From Chiloscyllium plagiosum (taxonomy: Eukaryota): a stretch of DNA of 64,000 nucleotides. The DNA lies in contig NC_057728.1 in assembly GCF_004010195.1 (NCBI RefSeq), forward strand, positions 43,555,989 to 43,619,988, written 5' to 3'. Shown here in pieces: positions 53,205-64,000 of this stretch (position 1 is its first letter; every line of letters starts with the position of its first letter). A program made the position numbers and the translations under genes. The notes under the pieces were generated by a model. The model ran no database searches. It was not told the DNA's origin and worked only from the letters and a program-made list of their open reading frames with translations.

Positions 53205-53210
53205 AAAAGT

Positions 53211-53544
53211 GGGCGGCACGGTGGCACAGTGGTTAGCACTGCTGCCTCACAGCGCCAGAGACCCAGGTTCAATTCCCGCCTCAGGCGACTGACTGTGTAG
53301 AGTTTGCACTTTCTCTCCGGGTGCTCCGGTTTCCTCCCACAGTCCAAAGATGTGCAGGTTAGGTGAATTGGCCATGCTAAATTGCCCGTAGTGTTAGGTA
53401 AGAGGTAAATGTAGGGGTATGGGTGGGTTGCGCTTCGGCGGGGCGGTGTGGACTTGATGGGTCGAAGGGCCTGTTTCCACACTGTAAGTAATCTAATCTA
53501 ATCTAATCTAATCTAATCAGTAATCTAATCTAATCTAATCTAAT
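53211..53544 (+). mobile_element. HE1-like SINE with long (TAATC)n tail
   Basis: Complete head, small internal deletion, about 10 TAATC units. Confidence 0.95.
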
Positions 53545-55067
53545 GCGATCCTTAAGCTTCGTGCTTTTCTGCAAGTTTCATGATATCAGGCTCCAAATTA
53601 GACAATGACAATCGGAGGTCACCTCTTGTTGCGACATCAATTCTGTTTCTGGATGTTGTCAAGGAAACTACCTTGCAGAATCTGCTCTCAATCAAATATG
53701 TTGAGGGGAAAGACAATAAAAAATATTTGGGCTTTTTCCCCACAATGTTGTAAATTTATTCAGCACATCACTCGATCCAAAAATCTTTTTGAAACTGACT
53801 GAACTGCCAACATGCAGTTATATCACTCTGAAGATCAATCAATCTCTCCGGAATTTCTGTCTCAACTTATGTAGGTTGAACTTCAAATGGATTCAAAATC
53901 TAATCTGGGATACCAAAGATTAACAGGTCATTAAATGTTTCTTGCATATCTTTGTGTACCTGCTTTAGATGTTTCAGATAAACGGTAAGGTTATCATCCT
54001 TCAGTGCCTCTGCGATTGGCTTCTGGTTTGGAAATTGTAAAAATTCTCGACATCCCATATTGTGTCAATAGACTTTGAGTTTCTTAAGGAAAGAAATAAT
54101 GGCTTCCTTACAATCTACGAGATTACTGTTTTTGCTCTGCAAATGGTTCAGTTCCCAGGGCTCCCATAAACTCTTGGGGCTCCCCTTCTCACAGTTTGCA
54201 GTCTGTGGCCCCCTTCAAATGTGCCATGGCCCTAAGGAGGCCATATGCCCCCCATTAAGAATGGTTGATCCAGAGTCTCATTCAAGAGGAAGGTAAAAAC
54301 AGAAATGTAGTAGCAATAGTGGATAGCATTGTTGGTCTTCAGCATAGACAGAGTCCTACAAGCTGTGTGGTGACAAGGTTGAGTACATCTCTTCTGGGCT
54401 GGAGAGTATCTTGTAGTGAGAGTTGAATAATCTGGTTTTCATGGTTCAATGGGTACCAATGGCATTGCTAAGTCGAGGAAAGCAATTTTGCTCACGGATT
54501 TTGAAACGCTCAGCTCAAAAAAGGCAAAACTACAAACTTAATACATTCTGGACTACTATCTCAGCCATGGGAAAATTAGTGCGGCATAAGATTAGAAAGT
54601 TCAATTAAAGGCTCAATTCTTTGGAAATGGGTTCCAATTCATTGGGCACTGATAAAAGCACTGAGGAAAAAGACAGATTTTCCAATGGTACAGGTTTAAT
54701 TTGAACCAGCTGAAACTAGAGTCCAGGTGAATTGTTAAAAATAGGGTTACTAATTAATAAGGTGGAGGGTATTCTAAAAATATTAAAAAATGAGAGAACC
54801 AAGGCATATGGTAGTAGAGAGGTAAATGATAATCAAAGTGTGACAGAAATAGGTAGAAAATATATGTAGAAAAGAGTGCAACAGAAATTCAAACCAGAAT
54901 AAGTAATGATGGTAAGAAGTAAAAGTTTAAGAATCTTAATCCAAGTGCATGCAGCATTTGTTACAAGATAAATGAACTAACAGCACACATTGCAACATCT
55001 TAATATGACTTTATAGCTATGATGGAGAGATGTTTGCAGGGTGACCAAGACCGGGACCTCAATACAG

Positions 55068-55177
55068 TTGAAACGTCAACTCTCTTGCTCCTCGGATGCT
55101 GCCTGACTAGCTGTGTTTTTCCAGCACCACATTTTTTTGACTCTGATCTCCGGTTTCCACAGTCCTCACTTTCTCCT
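55068..55177 (+). mobile_element. Penelope-like terminal fragment
   Basis: GAAACGTCAAC...CAGTCCTCACTTTCTCC. Confidence 0.82.
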
Positions 55178-56129
55178 AGTAAATAAGGAGCAGCATGGTA
55201 AAGAAGTCACAGGTCAGAGTCATCTATTGCCCCACTATAGGAAAAGGTATAAATCAGGAAATAATGAAAGGAGGACACTATAATTATTTTGAGTGATTTC
55301 AATCTCTATATTGACTGAACAAATCAGATGGGCAAGAATAAAATAGAACAAGAATTTGTATAGTGCATTAGGAATTGTTTCTTTGATCTGAACATTTGCA
55401 GAACCTAATCGGGACAGGTTATTTTAGATATAGTAATGAAGTAAATGTATTAAGAGATCTTGTAATTAAGGATTTTCTAGTCATAGCAATCACAACAAGG
55501 TAGTACTTCAAATTAAATTTGAGGGGAGCAACTCAGATCTCAACCAAGTGCCCTCAACTTAAATCATGGCAATTGTAGAGGTATGAAAAAAGAATTGTCT
55601 TAACTGTTCTGGAAAAATAGACTAAAGGGAAGGTCAATTGATGAACAGTGGCAGACATTTAAACTGGTATTTAATAATGCTCAGCAGAAATTTCCTCCAA
55701 TTCAGAAGACGTACTCAATGAAAAGGATGAATTACCTATGGTTAACAGAGGCAGTCAATGAGAATATCCAACAAAAAATAAAGGCATACAAAGTAGTGAA
55801 AACATGTGTAAGCCAAAGGATTGAGATATTTTAGGAACCAGCAACTGATGAGTAAAAAGCTAATAAAGAGGGAGAAAATTGATCATGGAAGTAATTTGGC
55901 AAGAAATAGGAAACCAAATAGCAAATGCTTATGGGCATGCAAAAAAAAATTGGAGGATGCAACTGGGGAATTAATAATGGGGAACAGGTAAATGGCAAAT
56001 AATTTAAACCAATACTTTGCAGCAATCTTTGTGATGGAGGACACAATAAACATCCTAAAGCTAATAAGTAAGCAAGGTCTAAAGACAGAAAAGGTCTTGT
56101 AATAGTCTTTAACACAAGCGACAAAGCAC

Positions 56130-57088
56130 ATTGTGAGAAGATTTGTAGCTCAGGTTGAGCTTCTGGATGCAGGTTTGCTCACTGAGCTGGAAGCTACATT
56201 TTCAGGCATTTTCATCACCATACTAGGTAACGTCTTCAGTGAGCCTCCAGACGAAGCACTGCAGGTGTTTCCTGCTTTCTGTTGAGATGTTTGGGTTTTC
56301 TTGGGTTGGTGATGTCATTTCCTGTGGTGATATCATTTCCTATGGTGATGTCATTTTCTGTACTTTTCCTCAGAGGGATAGGGTGGTAAATGGAGTCCAA
56401 GTCAATGTGTTTGTTGATAGAGTTCCAGTTGGAATGCCATGCTTCTAGGGATTCTTGTGCGTGTCTCTGTTTGGCTTGTCCTAGAGATCTTGGAAATGAC
56501 TGCCAGACTACTCATACTCCTTGGCATCATGGTAGCCCACAAACCCACCAACACACTAAAACAGCAGCTAATGAACTTGAAAGACCCTATACAGACAACA
56601 AGCAAAACTAATGTCATTTACAAAATATCGTGCAAGAACCACAAACACCACATTGGACAAACAGGCAAAAAACTAGCTACCAGGATACATAATCATCAAA
56701 TAGCCACAAAACAACATAACCCTCTCCCACTAGTATCCTTACATACAGACAAGGAAGGACACCACTTCGACTAGGACAACACATCCATCTTAGGACAAGC
56801 CAAACAGAACACGCACAAGAATTCCCAGAAGCATAGCATTCCAACCAGAACTCCATCAACACCCACACGTTGATTTGGACCCCATTTACGACCCCTGAGA
56901 AAAAGAACATGAAGTGACATCACCACAGGAAATGACATCAACCACCCAATGAAACCCAAACATATAAGTAGAAGGCAGGAAGCACCAGCAATGCTTTGTC
57001 CAGTGGCTCACTGAAGATGCTACCTAGCATGGTGACAAAATGTCTGAAAATGACCCTTCTAGCTCAGTGAGCAAACCTACATTCAGAA
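56130..57088 (+). mobile_element. Penelope-like element (family 2): inverted 5' arm plus GIY-YIG endonuclease and terminus
   Basis: KTNVIYKISCKN..HIGQTGKKLATRIHNH; 56160-56485 is the inverse of 56785-57088; degenerate hammerheads at 57011-57044 (+) and about 56204-56239 (-). Confidence 0.92.
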
Positions 57089-57340
57089 CAAGGGAAAAAG
57101 GCAGACAAATGACCAAGTCCTGATGACCTGCATTAGTGGTTTTAATGGAAGTGGCTGTAGAGATAGTGGGGGCATTGGTGTTCAAACAGATTGTGATTAA
57201 TGTGATTCCTCTGTTCAAGAAGAAAGAAGAGGTAGGTTCAGCCTTCCAAGTCTGGACCAATACATTTTGCCTTTCCATACTAAAACTGTCTTCATTTACA
57301 GGGTCCATATCCCTCTATTCCTTTCTTATTCATGCATTTG

Positions 57341-60300
57341 AGGCTGTGCAGAAGGTAGCACTGAAAGGGAATACTTGCGGACACAGAGATGGGCTCAAGT
57401 GTGTATACTTCAACACAAGGAGTATCAGAAATAAGATGGGTGGACTTAAGGCATGGATCGGCACTTGGGGCTACGATGTTGTGGCCATCACGGAAACGTG
57501 GATAGAAGAGGGACAGGAATGGTTGTTGGAAGTTCCTGTTTCAGTAAGATTAGGGGGGGGTGGTAAAAAAGGAGGAGGGGGTGGCGTTGCTAATTAGAAA
57601 TGGTATAACGGCTGCAGAAAGGCAGTTCGAGGGGGATCTGCCTTTGGAGGTAGTATGGGCTGAAGTCAGAAATAGGAAAGGAGCAGTCACCTTTTTGGGT
57701 GTTTACTATAGGCCCCCCAATAGCAGCAGAGATGTGGAGAAACAGATTGGGAAAGGTGCAGAAGCCACAGGGTAGTAGTCTTGGGCGATTTCAACTTCCC
57801 AAATATTGATTGGAAGCTCTTTAGATCAAGTAGATTGGACGGGGCGGTGTTTGTGCGGTGTGTCCAGGAAGCTTTTCTAACTCCATATGTAGATTGTCCG
57901 ATCAGAGGGGAGGCCATATTGGATTTGATACTTGGTAACGAACCGGGACAAGTGATGGGCTTGTTAGTGGGTGAGCATTTTGGTGAAGGTGACCACAATT
58001 CTGTGACTTTCACCTTGGTTATGGAGAGAGATAGGTGCATGCAACAGGGCAGGTTTTACATTTGGAGGAAGGGTAAATACGATGCTGCAAGACAGGATCC
58101 GAGGAGCATAAATTGGGAGCATAGGCTGTCAGGGAAGGATGTCGTTGAAATGTGGAACTTTTTCAAGGAACAGATACGACATGTCCTTGATATGTATGTA
58201 CCTGTCAGGCAGGAAAGAGATAGTCGTGTGAGGGAACCTTGGTTGATGAGGGAGGTTGAATGTCTTGTAAGGAGGAAGAAGGAGGCTTACATAAGATTGA
58301 GGAAACAAGGTTCAGACAGAGCATTGGAGGGATACAGGATAGCCAGGAGGGAGCTGAAGAAAGGGATTAGGAGAGCTAAGAGAGAGCATGAAAATCTTTG
58401 GTGGATAGAATCAAGGATAACCCCAAGGCCTTTTATGCGTATGTGAGAAACATGAGAATGACGAGAACGAGGGTAGGTCCAATCAAGGACAGTAGTGGGA
58501 GAATGTGTATTGAGCCAAAAGAGATAGGAGAGGTCTTGAATGAGTACTTTTCTTCAGTATTTACAAATGAGAGGGACTGCGTTGTTGAAGAGGAGAGTGT
58601 GAAACGGACTGGTAAGCTAGAGGAGATACTTGTTAGGAAGGAAGATGTGTTGGACATTTTGAAAAACTTGAGGATAGACAAGTCTCCCGGGCCTGACAAG
58701 GTATATCCTAGGATTATGTGGGAAGCAAGACAGGAAATTGCAGAACCGTTGGCAATGATCTTTTCATCTTCACTGTCAATGGGGGTGGTGACAGGGGACT
58801 GGAGAGTGGCGAATGTTGTGCCCCTGTTCAAAAAAGGGAATAGGGATATCCGGGAATTACAGGCCAGTTAGTCTTACTTTGGTGGTACGCAAAGTAATGG
58901 AAAGGGTACTGAGGGATAGGATTTATGAGTATCTGGAAAGACACTGCTTGATTATGATTGTGAGGGGTAGGTCTTGCCTTACAAGTCTTATTGAATTCTT
59001 TGAGGAGGTGACCAAGCATGTGGATGAGGGTAGAGCATGTGGATGTAGTGTACATGGATTTTAGTGAGGCTTTTGATAAGGTTCCCCATGGTAGGTTTAT
59101 GCGGAAAGTCAGGAGGCATGGGATAGTGGGAAGTTTGGCCAGTTGAATAGAGAACTGGCTAACCGGTCGAAGTCAGAGAGTGGTGGTAGATGGTAAATAT
59201 TCAGCCTGGAGCCCAGTTACAAGTGGAGTTCCGCAGGGATCAGTTCTGGGTCCTCTGCTGTTTGTAATTTTTATTAATGACTTGGAAGAGGGAGTCGAAG
59301 GGTAGGTCAGTAAATTTGCAGACGATACGAAGATTGGTGAAGTTGTGGACAGTGAGGAGGGCTGTTATCGGCTGCAGAGGGACTTAGATATGATGCAGAG
59401 CTGGGCTGAGGAGTGGCAGATGGAGTTCAACCCTGCCAAGTGTGAGGTTGCCCATTTTGGAAGGACAAATAAGAATGCAGAATACAGGGTGAACAGTAGG
59501 GTTCTTAGTAAGGTGGAGGAACAGAGGGATCTTGGGGTCTATGTACATAGATCTTTGAAGGTTGCCACTCAGGTGGATAGAGTTTGTAAGAAGGCCTATG
59601 GAGTATTATCATTCATTAGCAGAGGGATTGAATTCAAGAGTCATGAAGTGATGTTACAGCTGTACAGGACTTTGGTTAGGCCACAGTTGGAGTACTGTGT
59701 GCAGTTCTGGTCACCTCACTTTAGGAAAGATGTGGAAGCTTTGGAGAGGGTGCAGAGAAGATTTACCAGGATGTTGCCTGGAATGGAGAGGAAGTCGTAC
59801 GAGGATAGGTTGAGAGTTCTCAGCCTTTTCTCGTTGGAACGGCGAAGGATGAGGGGTGACTTGATAGAGGTTTATAAGATGATCAGAGGAATAGATAGAG
59901 TAGACAGTCAGAAACTTTTTCCCCGGCTACAACAGAGTGTTACAAGGGGACATAAATATAAGGTGAAGGGTGGAAGGTATNNNNNNNNNNNNNNNNNNNN
60001 NNNNNNNNNNNNNNNNNNNNNNNNNNNNNNNNNNNNNNNNNNNNNNNNNNNNNNNNNNNNNNNNNNNNNNNNNNNNNNNNNNNNNNNNNNNNNNNNNNNN
60101 NNNNNNNNNNNNNNNNNNNNNNNNNNNNNNNNNNNNNNNNNNNNNNNNNNNNNNNNNNNNNNNNNNNNNNNNNNNNNNNNNNNNNNNNNNNNNNNNNNNN
60201 NNNNNNNNNNNNNNNNNNNTCGTACGAGGATAGGTTGGGAGTGCTAGGCCTTTTCTCGTTGGAACGGCGAAGGATGATGGGTGACTTGATAGAGGTTTAT

Positions 60301-60620
60301 AAGATGATCAGGGGAATAGATAGAGTAGACAGTCAGAGACTTTTTCCCCGGGTACAACAGAGTGTTACAAGGGGACATAAATTTAAGGTGAAGGGTGGAA
60401 GGTATAGGGGGGATGTCAGGGGTAGGTCTTTACCCAGAGAGTGGTGGGGGCATGGAATGCGCTGCCTGTGGGAGTGGCAGAGTCAGAATCATTGGTGACC
60501 TTTAAGCGGCAATTGGATAGGTACTTGGATAGGTGCTTAAGCTCGGACAAATGTTCGGCACAACATTTGTGGGCCGAAGGGCCTGTTCTGTGCTGTATTG
60601 TTCTATGTTCTATGTTCTAT
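57341..60620 (+). mobile_element. Young CR1/HER1-like LINE: nearly whole ORF2 (APE endonuclease + RT) with frameshifts, and 3' UTR
   Basis: [65 protein letters not shown]; (TTCTATG)n tail. Confidence 0.97.
59981..60219. other. Assembly gap (N run)
   Basis: Run of N. Confidence 1.
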
Positions 60621-61285
60621 TTGTCCAGGTGCTTCCTGAATGTTGCTATTGTGTCTGCTTCTATCACCCCCTCTGGCAATGCGTTCCAGGCACTCACCAC
60701 CCTTTGTCTGAAAAACATACCTTGCACATGCCTTTTAAACATCGTCCCCTAGTAATCGACCCCTTAACCCTGGGGAAAAGTCTCAAAGCTTCCACTCTAT
60801 CAATGCCATTAACAATCTAACAAACTTCTATCAGGTCACCCCTCAACCTCCTACATTCCAATGAAAACAAACCCAGTCTATACAACCTTTCTTCATAGGT
60901 AAAATCCCCCAGACAAGGCAACATCAGTAAAACCTTTCTATACCTTCTCCAAAGCATCCACATCCTTCTGATACAGGTTTTTCTGTTATAACACACGTTT
61001 CATCAACATGAAAAACACGACTGATAAATTGCAGACGCTGTTTGGATAATGTGAACTTTCTACTGAACGTGTATAGTGATTTTCTATAGCCATCTACCAG
61101 TGCAATTTTCTACAGCAGTTTTCCATAGCTCGATTTTCTGTCGCAAGAGGTTGCAGAGGAATGCAACTGTCACATTATAGCAAAACAACCTGTAGTGTGA
61201 TGACCAGAACTGTACATAGTATTCCAAGTGTGGCCTAACTAAAGTTTTACAAAGCTGCACCATAACTCACTTATCCTTATGTTAT
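60621..61285 (-). mobile_element. Older CR1 3' fragment; its extreme 3' end lies at about 57235-57340, split off by the young CR1
   Basis: Minus strand VQLCKTLVRPHLEYYVQFWS, LRGDLIEV; sequence joins across ATTTG at both junctions. Confidence 0.85.
60974..61192. mobile_element. Tc1/mariner-pogo type MITE
   Basis: TA TSD both sides; TIR CAGGTTTTTCTGTTATAA...TTATAGCAAAACAACCTG; reverse copy of 24762-24961. Confidence 0.9.
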
Positions 61286-61289
61286 GTCT

Positions 61290-62100
61290 GTTTTATGTCC
61301 CTCTCTTCCACAGTTTGATCTGAGAAAACTTCCTCAAATACTCCTATACCCTAATCCTGAACTCATTTCGTCTAGTTTCCATATCTATTTTACTTCCAAT
61401 TTCATCTCAAGCCCTGAGTTGATTGTTTGAATGAGATCCTGCTTCTGTCCCTTCAATTCTATTTTTATGAAACTGATCAACCAACTTTCACTCCTGACCC
61501 CAATGTTAGTCCCCAAATTGTTAATGGTTCTCTCTAGTGTTTTATATCTACTTTAAAGTACCATCACTCCCTCCTCAAAAAAAAGCTCAAATCCAGCATC
61601 CTCAAACTACAGTCTAATGTCCAACTACTCTTTATTCTCTAAACTCCTTGTATATTTTGTGTTTTGTTGTCACCTCCACATCAAGTCACATCTTTCTCAG
61701 TCTTCCACACTTGAATCCCTCCAATTAGGTTTCTGCCTAATAAATAACATCCTGAATAATTGGGATAAAAATAAACTTCCTCTTCTTGACCTGTCTGCAG
61801 CCTTTTGGTATGGTGAACGATACCATTCTCCTCTAACGTCTTTCCAATGTGGTACGAGGGGATGAAACTGCTCTTACCAGTGTTCCATTCTTAAATGTTC
61901 AGTCAAAGTCAGAAAATAAATTAGATTTGCTTCATATCCTGCTCCCATACCATTACTTCTGATGTACCCTAAGAACTAATCCTTAGCCAGTGCTATTTTC
62001 CGTCTAATGCTGACCTTCAGTTGTCATCAAATGAAAGTATGGCAGTAATTATCAAAACTATACTGATGCATCCAGCTCTCTGTCTTACAATTCTATTATC
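61290..62100 (+). mobile_element. Old L2 LINE RT remnant
   Basis: LLDLSAAF motif; ESLQLGF, VP..LILS..LF and Y.DD.QL-like segments. Confidence 0.65.
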
Positions 62101-62107
62101 ACTCTCA

Positions 62108-62340
62108 GGGTTATAATGTGGCTATGTCCATGAATGTGGTTGATACAGACTGTGGAAACCAGGTTGTTGGTAACATCACCTTTTATTGAACACAGTTTTC
62201 CAAGTATTTATAGGACCAGATATCTAATGAAGCTTTCGCATAGAACTATTTGCCAACAGTTCTTACAGTCATGTGACCTTGCATCATTGATGATGTAGAT
62301 TATCATATTTACATATTGACATTAACCATTACCTCTTTTG
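62108..62340 (-). mobile_element. Possible LTR (minus strand) with adjacent purine tract
   Basis: On minus: AAAAGAGG tract, then TATAAATA and AATAAA in LTR order; termini decayed, no TSD seen. Confidence 0.35.
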
Positions 62341-64000
62341 ACTCATCCACTATTGACAAAATACTAAGCTGACTTTAAGTACCACAGGAACAAAAAATTC
62401 TTCTAATTAAATTATTAAGATTTCAGCCTTGGCTTTTGGTCCACACTCCAAACTCAATTTTCTAGCTACTGACTCCATCCTGCTATAAAAGATAATGGGT
62501 CTGAAAAAGTTAATGTTGAAGCTGCATTCAGTTTCACCTAATCTTATGATGACGCACAGTCTTTGTGTGGAGAAGGAGCACCTAACATGAAGACCCAATT
62601 AAGACAAAAGCATCATCTCTGCCTCCTGACAGTCTTTGTAATTATGCCTGATTAGTCATTGTAACTTGTACCAATTGCTATCATGCAGTAAACTACACTT
62701 ATTCAGTAAGAACAGTGCCTGTTCTCACAAAGACCAGGATTAGCAAGAACAACATTCTCCACAAAAGATATTCAGTGGAGAAATGATTTACAGAAGATCA
62801 AAATCCAATAGTCCACAAACCAAATACACAACAATTTTCCAAAATCAAATAAACTTTGTTCTTGGAGAAGTTAGCCTGGGTGAAATCTACAGTCTGAATT
62901 TAAGAAGGCAGAGATTTGAGGGATGATGAGATAGTAGTAAATGCAAATATAATTTATACATACAGGTAAATAACTACCAGTATGTGAAAAAGAAAAGCTC
63001 GCGGTGAGATGTTGTATAAGATAATGGTTCTGAAAGAGTTGAAGTTAGTGTAGTCCCTGCATAAAGCTCCACCTAATTTGATGATGTCACCATCTTTGGC
63101 TGAAGAAGACAGTTTGGTACAAGATCTTGATGAAGACTGACGTGTCATCTCCAGTTTCTGATATTCTTTGTAATTATGATTAACTAGTCAATGTAACCTG
63201 TACCTATTGTTATTGTTTACAATTGAGACAGGAGGAGTACAATACATCTTTCTCTTAAGGATAAACAATACTACTAGTATGGCTAGCAACATCTACATTT
63301 CATGGACAAATATTTTTTAAATCCCACAGAACTGGACAATGTGAATGTCTTGGAAGGCTATTGTGACCTATTTTGTATAAGGATGGTAATTCTGTACAAT
63401 GTGTGATAAGCACATAAGGGGAAGTTGCTTTCTAAGCTTAAAGTATAAGCTGCCGACAAAAAGGTGATTACTGAATAGCATATTTTAGTCATTTGTTACA
63501 ATAAAAATCTAGTCATATCATTTTTTTTCAGCTGTTAGCTGGAAGTTTGATTTACTTTAAGAGTTATCAGTCTCTCTGTTTCAGGAGACTATTGACTATA
63601 CGCAGGATGTATGTCAGTTCTGGAATGTTCATCATTTGTTGAGGCTTTAAGGTTTGATTTACAAGTGGCAGTCCCTTCTGCATAGATAAGTGCTGTTTCT
63701 TCCTTCCATTAGGCTGTCTTTTCTGCCATCTGATGATCAATAGAGTCCTCTGCTTCTTCCTGACTGTTTATCTTCCACCACTCTGGTCAGCAACAAGAAC
63801 TTCATATGCATCATTTCCAATCCTGGTCAACATGAGTTCTTATGTGCAGTCAAACATATACTGTGGATTTGTGCCAATAACAAGCTTACAAGAAAGTATG
63901 TCTTTGGGATACAGCCATTATCTATTTGGCTAGCATGACCAGATAACAGGGTTGTCACTGACTCAGAAAGGGAAATATGCTGTGGATTGTAATGAGCATA

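Larger units (their letters stand above)
52943..54267 (-). mobile_element. hAT (Charlie-like) deleted element with transposase C-terminus
   Basis: 8-bp TSD ATCTAGAG/ATCCAGAG (52935-52942, 54268-54275); imperfect TIR CAGGATTCTCAAT...ATTAAGAATGGTTG; FPSTYLIESRF..RNRIDV..RGDLRLSLSNLEPDI dimerisation motif. Confidence 0.88.
52680..57230 (+). mobile_element. Old CR1 with ORF1 esterase remnant and ORF2 N-terminal half, heavily interrupted
   Basis: VVAIVDSIV and GTN-like GDSL-esterase blocks (54305-54465); EN blocks NACSI..KI.EL, I.SDFNL, P.R.Q.ILD (54940-55430). Confidence 0.7.

Noticed and set aside
53138..53210. Functional tRNA-iMet gene
   Set aside because: 3' acceptor strand is missing, the anticodon stem has mismatches, and there is no poly-T terminator
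4931..55177. CRISPR-like array from recurring short repeats
   Set aside because: The repeats are dispersed eukaryotic retroelement termini with TSDs, not regularly spaced repeat-spacer units; no cas genes
62407..63148. APOBEC/deaminase-like or selenoprotein reading of the duplicated segment (IILYN..SP motif; shared in-frame TGA)
   Set aside because: No HxE or PCxxC motif and no SECIS seen; a shared TGA is explained by CpG decay or a wrong frame
1..64000. Host protein-coding gene among the listed ORFs
   Set aside because: Every ORF I can recognise is a transposon fragment or its antisense shadow. I found no convincing spliced exon, although small exons cannot be excluded by eye

Overview
Repeat-saturated vertebrate DNA, almost certainly from a cartilaginous fish (shark): HE1-type tRNA-derived SINEs and their CR1/HER1-type partner LINEs are abundant. 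I found no credible host protein-coding exon. The window is a layered mosaic of decayed transposons. It contains the 3' end of a Gypsy element whose pol stops after RNase H (Gmr1-like layout) plus its LTR, three solo LTRs, and a fragmented Mag-type Gypsy. There are also many CR1, Rex1 and L2 LINE pieces, two hAT transposase fossils, Tc1/pogo-type MITEs, and about 20 Penelope-like (GIY-YIG) elements. The most notable signals are: (i) a minimal hammerhead-ribozyme core (CTGANGA-stem II-GAAA-N-GTH) at the termini of at least five Penelope-like families, with fully covarying stem II; (ii) a young family of short inverted-arm Penelope derivatives with a fixed inversion breakpoint, some enclosing foreign DNA within their target-site duplications (TSDs); (iii) an initiator-tRNA-Met/HE1 SINE chimera inside a hAT element inside a CR1; (iv) an exact 115-bp local duplication at a SINE 5' junction. 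Two N gaps are present (15858-16380, 59981-60219). All calls are by eye. Boundaries of old elements are approximate and family names need Dfam/Repbase confirmation.
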